IMG/VR virus record: IMGVR_UViG_3300045988_035032
Span: 1 to 40,910 of that record
Length of the DNA: 40,910 nt
Reading direction: 5' to 3' (one strand)
Source: a virus
Below the pieces are notes generated by a model. The model had not been told where the DNA came from and did not search any database. It was given only the letters and a program-made list of their open reading frames with translations. Positions 40,493-40,910 of this stretch are shown here, piece after piece (position 1 is the stretch's first letter; every line of letters begins with the position of its first letter). The translations under genes were made by a program, and so were the position numbers.

Positions 40493-40753
40493 ATGGACTT
40501 TGGAATTGCGTCCGTGGCGGCCATTACCGTCATCTGTTATCTGGTGGGACTGATTGTCAAATCGTCCGGTCTGGATAACAAGTACATCCCGGCTATCGTG
40601 GGCCTGTGTGGGGGCGTTCTGGGCGTGGCGGCGCTGTATACCGGCCTCCAGGATTTCCCGGCCACGGACCCGCTGACCGCCGTTGCTGTGGGCATTGTGT
40701 CCGGTCTGGCGGCAACTGGTGTCAACCAGGCTATCAAGCAGATGAAGGAATAA
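40493..40753 (+). CDS. Holin
   Basis: GGAGGTGA RBS. Three hydrophobic segments and a charged C-terminus (NQAIKQMKE). The gene lies upstream of the endolysin. Confidence 0.85.
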   Translation: MDFGIASVAAITVICYLVGLIVKSSGLDNKYIPAIVGLCGGVLGVAALYTGLQDFPATDPLTAVAVGIVSGLAATGVNQAIKQMKE

Positions 40754-40786
40754 CAACATATTTTTGACTACAAAGGAGATTGAAAC

Positions 40787-40910
40787 ATGAACACCGAAAT
40801 GCTCTATGAACTGTACGAAATTACTGAGAAGAACGACGCCCCCGATCTGGCTACTGTAGGCATGGCTATGCTCCGGGAGAAGCACCCTGAGATTACCCAC
40901 GAGGAGGCCA
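40787..40910 (+). CDS. N-terminal part of the small acidic protein continuing at 1-198 across the contig junction
   Basis: AAAGGAGA RBS precedes ATG 40787. In frame with ORF 7-198 through the 55-nt repeat. Confidence 0.6.
   Translation, partial: MNTEMLYELYEITEKNDAPDLATVGMAMLREKHPEITHEEA
40856..40910 (+). repeat. Terminal direct repeat copy 2 (identical to 1-55)
   Basis: Exact 55-nt match to the window start. This is consistent with k-mer overlap of a circular assembly. Confidence 0.95.

Larger units (their letters stand above)
1..40910. mobile_element. Complete temperate phage genome (circular contig, siphovirus-like)
   Basis: Integrase+attP, repressor/ImmA switch, replication, terminase, portal, capsid, tail, fibre and lysis modules lie in canonical order. 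The first 55 nt are identical to the last 55 nt. Confidence 0.9.

Noticed and set aside
40410-40553. 47-codon ORF starting in the loop of the 40383-40427 hairpin and overlapping the holin start.
   Set aside because: RBS spacing is only 2-3 nt, the product is W/R/P-rich and looks like an out-of-frame artefact, and it overlaps the well-supported holin gene.
1-40910. Diversity-generating retroelement, retron or CRISPR components associated with the fibre genes.
   Set aside because: No reverse transcriptase ORF, no template/variable repeat pair and no repeat-spacer array are visible anywhere in the window.

Overview
The window is a complete, circularly closed genome of a temperate siphovirus-like dsDNA phage. 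The first 55 nt equal the last 55 nt, so the unique length is 40,855 bp. GGAGG-type RBSs, an XhlA/holin/Amidase_3 lysis cassette, an XkdX gene and an ImmA/XRE switch point to a Gram-positive, Clostridia-like host.

Gene order:
- The lysis cassette wraps the contig ends (about 40034-40910 plus 1-985).
- A 4-kb plus-strand moron cluster follows (1037-5059). It has a sigma-region-4-like HTH and a run of low-complexity, Cys-rich and C1q-like proteins.
- attP (about 5100-5360) carries a tRNA 3' end and arm repeats.
- The minus-strand lysogeny module contains int, a PH-domain protein, an unknown protein, ImmA and the XRE repressor.
- A face-to-face promoter pair with four operators sits between the repressor and the early genes.
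- Early/replication genes: Cro-like, Xis-like HTH, Sak4-like ATPase, DUF669 SSB-like, ERCC4 nuclease, replisome organiser, primase-helicase, a motif-I-less C5-MTase-like protein, Lar, a half-size clamp-like protein, an N6-MTase, many small Zn-ribbon ORFs and YopX.
- Two putative late regulators precede a roughly 0.58-kb ORF-free, GC-rich, hairpin-dense segment.
- Structural genes: terS, terL, SPP1-type portal, MuF, gp10-like, an AT-rich moron, scaffold, capsid, a collagen-like protein, head-tail joining genes, tail tube, G/GT chaperone, tape measure, Dit, Tal and fibres.

Most interesting non-canonical signals:
- The large structured-RNA candidate upstream of terS.
- The spore-coat/exosporium-flavoured moron cluster.
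- Three tandem hairpins with an invariant UUGGUAG loop next to int.
- AT-rich cargo genes inside the lysogeny operon.
- An MTase-like gene inserted in front of lar, leaving a lar 5' relic.

All family calls come from motif recognition by eye; no searches were run.
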